Shown piece after piece: positions 36,270 through 45,457 of a stretch of DNA of 64,000 bases; positions within the stretch are counted from its first letter, which is position 1, and each line of letters opens with the position of its first letter. The stretch spans positions 120,131-184,130 of the forward strand of contig JAJPGZ010000012.1 in assembly GCA_021325495.1 (NCBI GenBank). The letters run 5' to 3'. The notes below the pieces were generated by a model. It ran no database searches and was not told where the DNA came from. It worked only from the letters and a program-made list of their open reading frames with translations. The DNA comes from Spartobacteria bacterium. Its GTDB lineage: Bacteria > Verrucomicrobiota > Verrucomicrobiia > Chthoniobacterales > UBA10450. A program made the translations under genes and the position numbers.

Positions 36270-37352
36270 ATGGCTCGCATTGACGCCTTCTTCAAATTGA
36301 TGTCCGAGCAAAAGGCTTCGGACCTCCACCTCGCCACCGGCAACCCGCCCATGCTGCGGATTAACGGCGATCTGGTTCGTGTCGATTTTCCGCCGCTGCA
36401 GAACGATGAGCTGAAAGCGATGGTCTACGAGATCGCGCCCGAGGGTAAGATCAAAAACTTCGAAGAATCGCTCGATGTCGATTTTGGCTACGAAGTGCCG
36501 GGCGTGGCGCGTTATCGCGCGAATTTTTTCCAACAGAAGAACGGTATTTCAGCCGTGTTCCGTTTGATTCCATCGACCGTTTTGACGGTCGACGATCTCG
36601 GATTGCCGCCGGTGCTGAAGAAATTTCCGATGTTGAAAAAGGGTCTCGTGCTCGTGACCGGTCCGACCGGTTCCGGCAAATCAACGACGCTCGCGGCGAT
36701 GATGGACTACGCGAACCTGCAACGGCAGGACCACATCATCACGGTGGAAGATCCGATTGAGTTTGTGCATCGCAGCCAGAACTGTCTCGTGCAACATCGC
36801 GAAGTCGGTGTGCACACGCGCTCATTTGCGGCGGCGCTGCGCGGTTCATTGCGCGAAGATCCTGACATCATTCTCGTCGGTGAAATGCGCGATTTGGAAA
36901 CGATTGAGCTCGCGCTCACGGCGGCCGCCACCGGTCACCTTGTCTTCGGAACTTTGCACACATCGAGCGCATCGAAGGCGGTCGATCGAATCATCGACGT
37001 TTTCCCGACGAACCAACAGAACCAGATTCGCACGACGCTGGCTGAATCGCTCAAGGGCGTGATCGCGCAGAACCTTTTCAAGACTATCGACAAACCTGGA
37101 CGCGTCGCCGCGCTGGAAATCCTCGTGGTCGATACCGCGATCGCGAACCTCGTGCGCGAAGGCAAGACGCACCAAATCCCGGGCATGATTCAGGTCGGCA
37201 AAAAGAAAGGTAACCAGCCGCTCGACGACGCGATCATGGATCTCTTGCGCAAGATGCGCATCAGCCCCGAGGAAGCGTACGACAAAGCGATCGATAAGAA
37301 AAGATTCCGCCAGTTTTTGAAGGAGCCGCCGGCTGACGCCACGGAGGAGTAA
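36270..37352 (+). CDS. pilT: Type IV pilus retraction ATPase PilT
   Basis: Walker A GPTGSGKST, Walker B ILVGEMRD and His box GHLVFGTLHT. 360 aa. Confidence 0.9.
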   Translation: MARIDAFFKLMSEQKASDLHLATGNPPMLRINGDLVRVDFPPLQNDELKAMVYEIAPEGKIKNFEESLDVDFGYEVPGVARYRANFFQQKNGISAVFRLIPSTVLTVDDLGLPPVLKKFPMLKKGLVLVTGPTGSGKSTTLAAMMDYANLQRQDHIITVEDPIEFVHRSQNCLVQHREVGVHTRSFAAALRGSLREDPDIILVGEMRDLETIELALTAAATGHLVFGTLHTSSASKAVDRIIDVFPTNQQNQIRTTLAESLKGVIAQNLFKTIDKPGRVAALEILVVDTAIANLVREGKTHQIPGMIQVGKKKGNQPLDDAIMDLLRKMRISPEEAYDKAIDKKRFRQFLKEPPADATEE

Positions 37353-38519
37353 ATGCGCATTCCCGACCTCGATAAAATTTTGTCCGCGATGCTGAAGACC
37401 TACGACGGCATCTCCGACATCAACTTTTCCGTTGGCCATCCTTTGCAGGTGGAAGACTACGGCGAGCTCAAACCCGTCTATGTCGATCCGTCAATCGAAG
37501 CGCTCACGCCCTACCAGACCGAACAGATCGCGCTCACCATCATGCAGGGGAATCGGCGATTGATTTACGATTATCTTACCGGCGGTTCGTGCGATTGCAG
37601 CTACTCGTTAGGCGACGAAGCGCGTTTCCGCGTCAGTGTTTTCCGCCAACAGGGAAATTTCTCAGTCGTTCTGCGAAAACTCGAAGCCAGTGTGCCGACA
37701 GTCGATTCACTTCACTTGCCGCCGATCTTTCGTGAAGTCGCAAAAGAAAAAACCGGCCTCGTTCTTGTCACCGGCGCGACCGGCAGCGGCAAGACCACGA
37801 CGCTCGCGGCCATTCTCAACGAGATCAATACGACGTTGCCCGTGCACGTCATCACACTGGAGGACCCGATCGAATTCGTTCATCCGAAGCTCAAAGCGAC
37901 CTTCAACCAGCGCGAACTCGGACACGACTTCAACAACTACCCGAACGGCCTGCGCGCCGCCTTGCGTCAGGCCCCGAAAGTCATTCTGGTCGGCGAAATG
38001 CGCGACCGGGCCACGGTCGAAGTCGCACTCATGGCTGCGGAGACCGGTCACTTGGTTTTGAGCACGTTGCACACGGTCGATGCCGGCCAGGCCATTAACC
38101 GTATGCTCGGGCTCTTCTCGTTAGGGGAAGAAAAGCAATTGCGCATTCGTCTGGCGGATACGTTGCGTTACATCATCAGCCAGCGACTCGTCCCGAAACA
38201 GGGCGGCGGACGCCAATTACTCAGCGAAATCATGGGCGCCAATCTCCGCACTCGCGAAGCCATCGCGCTGGGAGAAGGCGAACATCGCAGCTTTTACGAA
38301 ATCATTGAAGCAAGCTCGCCATTCGGTTGGATGACGTTCGACCAATCGATCATCAGCGCATACGAAAACGGATACATCAGCGAAGAAACGGCTAAGCTTT
38401 ATGCCTCGCGCAAAGGTCGCATCACGCGCGGCATCGATATCATCCAGAAAACACGCGGCATCGATACGGAGCTTGATTCCGGTCTGCGCCTCGACCTGCC
38501 CGAGAACGCTTTCCGCTAA
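37353..38519 (+). CDS. PilT/PilU-family type IV pilus ATPase (paralogue)
   Basis: GATGSGKTT, ILVGEMRD and GHLVLSTLHT. It starts 1 nt after the pilT stop. Confidence 0.85.
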   Translation: MRIPDLDKILSAMLKTYDGISDINFSVGHPLQVEDYGELKPVYVDPSIEALTPYQTEQIALTIMQGNRRLIYDYLTGGSCDCSYSLGDEARFRVSVFRQQGNFSVVLRKLEASVPTVDSLHLPPIFREVAKEKTGLVLVTGATGSGKTTTLAAILNEINTTLPVHVITLEDPIEFVHPKLKATFNQRELGHDFNNYPNGLRAALRQAPKVILVGEMRDRATVEVALMAAETGHLVLSTLHTVDAGQAINRMLGLFSLGEEKQLRIRLADTLRYIISQRLVPKQGGGRQLLSEIMGANLRTREAIALGEGEHRSFYEIIEASSPFGWMTFDQSIISAYENGYISEETAKLYASRKGRITRGIDIIQKTRGIDTELDSGLRLDLPENAFR

Positions 38520-38533
38520 GATCGACAATCACC

Positions 38534-38998
38534 ATGGAACCCACCACCGACTCCTTCATCGACATGGGCGACAACACCGCGCTCGTCTGCGTCGATCACC
38601 AGCAGTATCAGAAAATAGTCGTGCCGCAGTTGATCGACATGACCTACAAAGTCCACCTCGGTCTCTTCGAGGAAGACGTCGTGCTCAAGCTCAAGACTTA
38701 CAGCTACGACGTCATCGTGATTTACGAAAACTTCAAAGGCGCGAAGATCGACACCAACCCGCTCATCCGCGAGATGGTGCAGATTACGGGCGCGCGCCGG
38801 CGGCAGCATTTCGTCGTGCTGCTCAGCCATAAATTTGCGACTAACGACGCCATGAGCGCGTTCGTGAACAGCGTCGACATGATCATCAACATCGCCGACC
38901 TGGCGAACTTCAAAGCCGTGATTCGGCGCGGCGTGATGCAGCACCGCGAGCTGTATCATTCGTTCAACGAAATGTTCAAGAGCGTGCAATCGCTCTAA
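38534..38998 (+). CDS. Hypothetical protein (possibly a degenerate receiver-like fold)
   Basis: 154 aa. The beta-alpha pattern (ALVCVD, YDVIVIYENF) lacks an obvious phospho-acceptor Asp. Confidence 0.45.
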   Translation: MEPTTDSFIDMGDNTALVCVDHQQYQKIVVPQLIDMTYKVHLGLFEEDVVLKLKTYSYDVIVIYENFKGAKIDTNPLIREMVQITGARRRQHFVVLLSHKFATNDAMSAFVNSVDMIINIADLANFKAVIRRGVMQHRELYHSFNEMFKSVQSL

Positions 38999-39078
38999 GG
39001 CCCTTGCGCCTGCGTGCGCGCGGCGTTAATTCAGAACACGCGTCCCAAGACGTGCGATTCAACAAGGAGACACAGGGT

Positions 39079-39666
39079 ATGAATCGGATCAAAGCTTTCA
39101 CCACTCCCACTTCGCGCAAGATCGACATCTTCTATTCCGGGCAAAGCAAAGCGACCGGCTGGGTGCGTTTCACCTGGGACCTCGCAAATCTTTCCGGCGA
39201 ATGCGCGGCCCTGCCCGAGCATTATCAAATCGTTCGCGCCACGGCCGAAGACGAACCTGGATTGCGCAAGGTTTTCTCCAGCTCCTTCATGCTCGATCCG
39301 GTCTGGAGCCCAGCCATCGCTGAAGTGATGAGCAACGTGCAATCGGCGCTCGACGGCGCTTTCAACGACGACGCCAAAATCTGCCTGGCCTTGCGTCACG
39401 GCAGCCGCATCATCGGCGCGGCGCTGTTATCGACCGACGCTAAGATCGACAATAACCTTTTGCCCGGTCCCACGATCTCGATCGAGTATCGTAATCGCGG
39501 ATTCGGAACGCTTCTGCTCGAGAATTCGTTGCAAGCTCTGCGCGACGGCGGGCTCACCACGGCCAGCGGCCTGACTCGCGACATTTCACCCGCGGCGAAA
39601 TTTCTTTATCCGAAATTCGGCGGGTTTCCGACGCCGGTCGATCATGGCTCGTTAGTGGCAGCCTAA
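39079..39666 (+). CDS. GNAT-family N-acetyltransferase
   Basis: ORF trimmed to the ATG at 39079. Acetyl-CoA loop YRNRGFGTLLL. Confidence 0.7.
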   Translation: MNRIKAFTTPTSRKIDIFYSGQSKATGWVRFTWDLANLSGECAALPEHYQIVRATAEDEPGLRKVFSSSFMLDPVWSPAIAEVMSNVQSALDGAFNDDAKICLALRHGSRIIGAALLSTDAKIDNNLLPGPTISIEYRNRGFGTLLLENSLQALRDGGLTTASGLTRDISPAAKFLYPKFGGFPTPVDHGSLVAA

Positions 39667-39687
39667 CGTCAGTCCGCGCCTAACGTC
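39661..39687. repeat. Direct pair of GCCTAACGTC (39661-39670, 39678-39687), 17-bp period
   Basis: These are variant (7/8) copies of word B. The TAA in the first copy is the stop of the GNAT gene. An inverted TCGTTAGT lies at 39648-39655. Confidence 0.8.
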
Positions 39688-39760
39688 GGTTAAACAACGG
39701 ATCGTCCATGGTTTATGGGCGCGCGGTGGCACTTTTTTGGCTTTGTCACTGTTTCGCCCC

Positions 39761-40408
39761 ATGAAAGCGCGCGTTCTCCTTTGCTTTGCCAGCCTGGCAG
39801 CGATCTCGTTTGTCCGCGCCGACGCCACGATCGAGGGCTTGGTGACGCTGCCTCCACCGCAGATGGGGCGCACCTTGAGCGCGCGCTACCAAACGACGGT
39901 CGAAGCGCCGCTGACTCCGAGCAACCCGCCGTCGGCCGTTGTTTATCTGGAAGGTAATTTCACCGGCGCCGAAGCGACCGCGAAGGCCCCGGCGCAGATG
40001 TCGCAGAAAAACATGTTGTTCTCGCCGGACCTCGTCGCGGTCCGCGTCGGCGGCGTGGTCGAGTTCCCGAACCTCGACGACACCTACCACAACGTCTTTT
40101 CGTATTCGAAAACGAAACGGTTCGATCTCGGCCGCTTCCGCAAGGGCGAAAAGCCGAGCACGATCGTGTTCGATAAACCGGGCGTGGTCACGGTGCATTG
40201 CGAAATCCACGATCGCATGCGCGGAATCATTTTGGTTCTGGAAACGCCCTACTTCACCAAGACCGACACGGCTGGACGTTACCGGCTCGAACATCTTCCG
40301 GCGGGACATTACGACCTCAAGGCGTGGATCAACGAAGCCGATGTGCGTTCGGTGCCGGTCGATTTGAAAGATGGCGGAACAGTACATGTCGATCTTCCGC
40401 GCAAATAA
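39761..40408 (+). CDS. Secreted cupredoxin-like protein with a C-terminal carboxypeptidase-regulatory-like segment
   Basis: Signal peptide MKARVLLCFASLAAISFVRA. Copper-site-like pattern YHNVFS...VHCEIHDRM. GRYRLEHLPAGHYDLKAW. Confidence 0.6.
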   Translation: MKARVLLCFASLAAISFVRADATIEGLVTLPPPQMGRTLSARYQTTVEAPLTPSNPPSAVVYLEGNFTGAEATAKAPAQMSQKNMLFSPDLVAVRVGGVVEFPNLDDTYHNVFSYSKTKRFDLGRFRKGEKPSTIVFDKPGVVTVHCEIHDRMRGIILVLETPYFTKTDTAGRYRLEHLPAGHYDLKAWINEADVRSVPVDLKDGGTVHVDLPRK

Positions 40409-40411
40409 GCG

Positions 40412-42646
40412 ATGACGATGGTTTCCCCCCTCGGCCTAACGAAGGCCTTGAGCTTTCGGGCCAAGCTCATGCTCGCGCTCATGTTCGTCGTCGTCACCAT
40501 CACTGGCGCGACTTTGTTCCTGGCCGAAAAAAATCTTCGCCAAAACCAGCAACGCGCGCTCGACGATCAATTTCAAAATCGCGTGCGCTCCTTTCTCGCG
40601 ATGCAGGAAGAACGCTCCCGCGCCATTCGCGAACGTTGCCGCACCCTGTCGCAATCGGTGCGTTTGCGCGCGGCGCTCGAAGAACGCGAGATCGACGACC
40701 TCTACCAAAACGCGCTCACCGAACTGCGCGGCCTTTTCGACGCCCGCGATAGTCGCAGTGATCGCGTTTCCTTTTTTCGTTTTCTCGATCGCGAAGGCCA
40801 GATTTTGCCGCCGGGAACTCAACCCGCGGGATTGAATGATGAGGAACAATTGCATGATGCGCTTGATTCGATTGGCCGCACCCTGAGTCAGGTGGACGAC
40901 CAGAGCGTTGGCTTTATCGCGTTAAACCGCCGCGAAGAACGCAGCTCGTTGCGCGAAGTTGTCTTGAGCAAAATTCGCGATTGGGACGGACGCACCCTTG
41001 GCGCGCTCGCGATTGGTTTCCCGCTGGAGGACGTTAGCGCGAGCGAGACCGAATCGGAAGACGACATCAAAAGCGGTATTTGGCTTTATCGACATCTCTA
41101 CATCGATCAGCTCACCGCGCCGGATCGACATCTGCTCGGGCAACGCATCGCCGCGGCGATGTCCACGCAATCGGCCGGACATTTCGTTGTCGATCTTGCG
41201 AGCGGTCCGCATTTGCTCTTTTACCAGGAGCTCGATCCGCAAACGCAACTCACTTCCGCCTACGAGATTTGTTTGTATCCCCTCGCCGCTTCGATTCGCA
41301 AAGAACAAACCCTGCGCTGGAAAATTATCGCGCTCGGCGCGGTGGTCTTGTTAGGCGGCGCGGGCGCGAGTTTGTTTCTCGCGCGCGAACTTTCCAAGCC
41401 GGTTGATAAAATCGTTGCCGGCTCGGTTGAAAATCTGACCCGGCGAAAAAAAGCGGAGCGCGATTTGGTGCAAACGAATCGCGAATTAGAAAAAGCGCTG
41501 GCCGATCTCAAGGCCACGCAACAACAGGTGATCCAACAGGAACGTTTGAGCGCAATCGGGCAAATGGCCAGCGGCATCGCGCACGATTTCAATAACACGC
41601 TCATGCCGATCCTCGGCTTCTCCGATTTGCTGTTGAAGAACGACGCGATGCTCTCGGACAAAGTGGAAGCGCGAAAGTGTCTCGAGTTGTTGCGCACGTC
41701 CGCGCAGGACGCGGCCGATGTCGTCCATCGTCTTCGTGAGTTCTACCGGCCGGCTGCGAGCAATGAAGAATTTCCGATTGTCGATCTTGCCAAGATCGTC
41801 AGGCAAGCGGTCGCCTTGACCGAGCCGAAGTGGCGGCACCAGGCGCAAGCCAACGGCGTGACCATCGACGTTGTCGCCAACATCGCCGACTTCCCGATTG
41901 TCGCAGGCGAAGAATCGGCCCTGCGTGAAGTGCTCACGAATTTAATTTTCAACGCCGTCGACGCCATGCCCGATGGCGGAGAGATCGCGCTCGAAATTTC
42001 GGTCGAGAACAAACGCGCGGTGATCAAAGTGCGCGACAGCGGCACCGGCATGACCGAAGCCGTTAGGCAACGTTGCCTCGAACCGTTTTTTTCGACCAAA
42101 GGCGAGCGCGGCACCGGTCTTGGTTTGTCGATGGTTTACGGAATCATCGAACGCCATCGCGGCGAGCTCGATATTCAATCGACTCCCGGACAAGGCACGA
42201 CCTTTATCATTCGTTTGCCGCTGGCGGCCGAAGCGCCCATTTCAGAAGCAGTCGCGAAGTCGGATGAAAGATCGACATCTTCATCGCTGAGCGTGCTCGT
42301 GGTCGATGACGAGCCGCGCATTCGCGAAGTCGTCAGCACTTACTTGCGATGCGACGGACATCAGGTCTCGACCGCGGCGAGCGGACGCGAAGCGCTCGAA
42401 AAATTCCGCCGGCGGCCGTTTGATCTCGTCGTGCTCGATCGCGCGATGCCGGAAATGAGCGGCGAGCAGACCGCGCGTTTCATGAAGCAACACAACGCCG
42501 ACATTCCCGTGATCATGCTCACCGGCTTCGGCGCGATGATTGAAGCGACCGGCGCGCAGCCGGACGACGTCGATGTTGTTCTGAACAAACCGATCACGGC
42601 CGATGGCCTGCGGCGGACGATCGACAAGTTGCTCCATGCGGCCTAA
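40412..42646 (+). CDS. Hybrid sensor histidine kinase / response regulator
   Basis: A TM-flanked periplasmic domain, HisKA (SGIAHDFNNTL), HATPase (DSGTGM, GTGLGLS) and a C-terminal receiver (VLVVDDEP, VLDRAMPEMSG). Confidence 0.85.
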   Translation: MTMVSPLGLTKALSFRAKLMLALMFVVVTITGATLFLAEKNLRQNQQRALDDQFQNRVRSFLAMQEERSRAIRERCRTLSQSVRLRAALEEREIDDLYQNALTELRGLFDARDSRSDRVSFFRFLDREGQILPPGTQPAGLNDEEQLHDALDSIGRTLSQVDDQSVGFIALNRREERSSLREVVLSKIRDWDGRTLGALAIGFPLEDVSASETESEDDIKSGIWLYRHLYIDQLTAPDRHLLGQRIAAAMSTQSAGHFVVDLASGPHLLFYQELDPQTQLTSAYEICLYPLAASIRKEQTLRWKIIALGAVVLLGGAGASLFLARELSKPVDKIVAGSVENLTRRKKAERDLVQTNRELEKALADLKATQQQVIQQERLSAIGQMASGIAHDFNNTLMPILGFSDLLLKNDAMLSDKVEARKCLELLRTSAQDAADVVHRLREFYRPAASNEEFPIVDLAKIVRQAVALTEPKWRHQAQANGVTIDVVANIADFPIVAGEESALREVLTNLIFNAVDAMPDGGEIALEISVENKRAVIKVRDSGTGMTEAVRQRCLEPFFSTKGERGTGLGLSMVYGIIERHRGELDIQSTPGQGTTFIIRLPLAAEAPISEAVAKSDERSTSSSLSVLVVDDEPRIREVVSTYLRCDGHQVSTAASGREALEKFRRRPFDLVVLDRAMPEMSGEQTARFMKQHNADIPVIMLTGFGAMIEATGAQPDDVDVVLNKPITADGLRRTIDKLLHAA

Positions 42647-43874
42647 CAAATTCATCCTTGTTCTCGCGCTCGCGTTTGTCTGCAACGCGCGCGCGGATTT
42701 GTTCGACCGCGTCAACGACGCGCTCCTGTTTCGCGATGCGAAATTGCAGCTGCAAGTGCAGTTGAGCGGACTTGTCGATCTTGAAACGTATTACCTCGAT
42801 CAACCGCCGCCGGGATTGATCTTCACGGGCAATCAATGGCTCTTCAATCCGCGATTGTCGATCTTCCTCGACGCGCAGTGGACGCGTCACATTTATCTCT
42901 TCGTGCAGGCGCGGGTCGATCGCGGTTTCGATCCCTCCGATGAAGGGGCGGAAGCTCGCGCCGACGAATATTTTCTTCGCTACACGCCACTCGATAATTC
43001 GCGGATCAATTTCCAGATCGGAAAATTCGCGACCGTGGTCGGCAATTGGGTGCCGCGGCATTTATCGTGGGAGAATCCATTCATTAACGCGCCGCTCTTG
43101 TATGAAAATCTCACCGGCATTTGGGACGAAGAAGCGCCCGAAGACGTGGACGATCTGTTGTACTGGGCGCACGTGCCTAACGAATACGGTTACAACAACG
43201 GGTACATCGACAAGTACTACCGGCTGCCGATGATTTGGGGCCCAAGTTACGCGACCGGGTTAGCCGTTACCGGAACGATCGATCGCTTTGATTACGCGGC
43301 CGAAATCAAGAACGCGTCGCTCTCCTCCCGTCCCGAATATTGGGACGCGACCGAGCGGGGCTTCGAGCATCCGACCTTCAGCGGGCGCGCCGGCTTTCGG
43401 CCTAACGAAATGTGGAATTTCGGCGTCTCGGCCAGTGGCGGTCCTTATTTGAGCGCTGAGGCGGCGGAAAGTTTGCCGCTGAATCGCAGCATCGGCGATT
43501 ATCGCGAGCTGCTGCTTGGACAAGATATCGCCTTTGCCTGGCATCATTGGCAGTTCTGGGCCGAATTTTACGAGGCGCGCTTTCAAGTTCCGCGCATCGG
43601 CAACGCCGATATTTTCGCCTATTACCTGGAAGCGAAATATAAAATCACACCGCAGCTTTTCGCGGCGGTGCGTTGGAACCAGGAATTATTCGGCGACGTG
43701 CGCGACGGGACCGAGCGCGTGCAATGGGGTAACGACACTTCGCGCGTCGATCTCGCCGTCGGCTATCGCTTCACCAATTATTTGCAGACGAAGGTGCAAT
43801 ACAGCTTCACCCATCAAGACCCGCACGAGGAAGGGCAGCATGTCGCCGGCCTGCAAATCACGCTCAAATTTTAA
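42636..43874 (+). CDS. Putative outer-membrane beta-barrel protein
   Basis: ORF trimmed to the ATG at 42636 (MRPNKFILVLALAFVCNARA). It is rich in aromatic residues and beta-strands and ends ...LQITLKF. Confidence 0.55.
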   Translation: MRPNKFILVLALAFVCNARADLFDRVNDALLFRDAKLQLQVQLSGLVDLETYYLDQPPPGLIFTGNQWLFNPRLSIFLDAQWTRHIYLFVQARVDRGFDPSDEGAEARADEYFLRYTPLDNSRINFQIGKFATVVGNWVPRHLSWENPFINAPLLYENLTGIWDEEAPEDVDDLLYWAHVPNEYGYNNGYIDKYYRLPMIWGPSYATGLAVTGTIDRFDYAAEIKNASLSSRPEYWDATERGFEHPTFSGRAGFRPNEMWNFGVSASGGPYLSAEAAESLPLNRSIGDYRELLLGQDIAFAWHHWQFWAEFYEARFQVPRIGNADIFAYYLEAKYKITPQLFAAVRWNQELFGDVRDGTERVQWGNDTSRVDLAVGYRFTNYLQTKVQYSFTHQDPHEEGQHVAGLQITLKF

Positions 43875-43894
43875 GGTTCGCGCAAGATCGACAA

Positions 43895-45298
43895 TTACAT
43901 TCCGGCGTCGCGCGCGTACCAATCGATTTTGCGCGTGACGTACATCACGACCGCGAGCAAGACGAAGAGCGCGATCGCACCCATGAGTAATGCGTAGTCT
44001 TGTTGTCGCAGCGTGATGTAGAGAAATCCGTAAACGCCGGCGAGTCCGGCGCCGATCATGAAGGTGCGCACGCCGCCGCCGAGAAAGTAGCGGCAATACC
44101 ATGTGATCAACAGAGTCGATACCACGGCCGCGATGAGATATGCGTAACCGAAGCCGACGAACTCCGAGATCGACAACAACAGCAGATAAAACAAACAGAG
44201 CGCGGCTCCGACCATGAGATATTGGAACGGGTGAATTTTCTGGCGAGCGGTCACTTCAAACAAAAAGAAGGTGGTGAAAACTAAAACGAGAAAGAGCACG
44301 CCGTACTTGATCGAACGCTCGACGTAGCGATACGCGTCTAAGATCGACAAGAACTCCGCGCCGAAACGCGAACCGGTGACCGATTGCAAATTAAAACGCT
44401 CGTTGCCCGCGCGACTGGTCCATTGCTGCGGATAATCGCGGCCGTAATAGGAAACTTTCCAGTTCGCATCGAAGCCGTCCGCACGCACGTTGCGGGACGC
44501 CGGCAGAAATGCGCCGCGAAATCCGGGATCGGGCCAGTTCGATTTCAAGGTCGCTTCGTTTTTCACCCCGAACGGCGCGAAATAAATTCCCTCGCTGCCA
44601 TTGAAATCGAGTGCGATGGAAAAATCGACCGGCGCACTGATTGGTTTGTCGTTCGCGAGCATTGCCGTGGCCCCGGTGGTGTAACCGGGCACTTGTGATC
44701 CCGGCAGCAGCGGCCGCTTTATTCCGCCCCAATCCAGCGCGATGCCTTCACGCGTTCCACGCATGTCGTTGAGCGCGAAGGTGACGAACGCGTCTTTCCA
44801 TTGCACATCCTTCATGTCGATCTTGAGCGCGCCAAAATCGGGCGGCGCAAATTTTCCAGTCAACGTCACGTTCGCGCGAAAAACGGCCGCGTCGTAAATC
44901 CCGCGATGCAACGTTTGCGTTTGGACGTCGCCGTTGATGTTCAATGTCTCCGGCAAAAAATAGGCATTCGCGAGCGCCGTTTCCTCGACTTCACGCCGCT
45001 CCACCTTGTCGCCGCCTAACGGAATTTCCTTCACCGTTTTGTAACGATAGGTGTACGGAATACCGAGGACGGGGCCGACGACATTCTGTTCTTTGCCCCA
45101 GGACGAGGTGATGTCGGCGACGGCTTCATTTCGCCGCGTCAATCGGTCGTTCAAGACACCCGTAATCATCAAAAGCGGAATCAACAAGATGAGCACGAGC
45201 GCGCCGACCCCGAGCAATTTGAGAATGGTCGAATTGCGTTTCGTAAATGACGGCTGCGTTTTCGGCAGCGGCGGCGGAGGTTGAGTCGGTTCGGGCAT
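43895..45298 (-). CDS. creD: Cell-envelope integrity inner-membrane protein CreD
   Basis: 467 aa with CreD-like topology: an N-terminal TM helix, a large periplasmic domain and a C-terminal TM bundle. Confidence 0.8.
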   Translation of the reverse strand: MPEPTQPPPPLPKTQPSFTKRNSTILKLLGVGALVLILLIPLLMITGVLNDRLTRRNEAVADITSSWGKEQNVVGPVLGIPYTYRYKTVKEIPLGGDKVERREVEETALANAYFLPETLNINGDVQTQTLHRGIYDAAVFRANVTLTGKFAPPDFGALKIDMKDVQWKDAFVTFALNDMRGTREGIALDWGGIKRPLLPGSQVPGYTTGATAMLANDKPISAPVDFSIALDFNGSEGIYFAPFGVKNEATLKSNWPDPGFRGAFLPASRNVRADGFDANWKVSYYGRDYPQQWTSRAGNERFNLQSVTGSRFGAEFLSILDAYRYVERSIKYGVLFLVLVFTTFFLFEVTARQKIHPFQYLMVGAALCLFYLLLLSISEFVGFGYAYLIAAVVSTLLITWYCRYFLGGGVRTFMIGAGLAGVYGFLYITLRQQDYALLMGAIALFVLLAVVMYVTRKIDWYARDAGM

Positions 45299-45457
45299 AA
45301 CGAGCGAGGTTAGATTTTAATGAGTAGATGTCGATCTTGTCCGGTCATAGCGGGATCGACCTTACCGACGCCAGTCACGGCAATGCTATTTCAAAATTTA
45401 TCTTTGAATCCAAATTCGTCGCTGGCCGCATCTCAATGAAAACAAAGCGAGGTTCTC

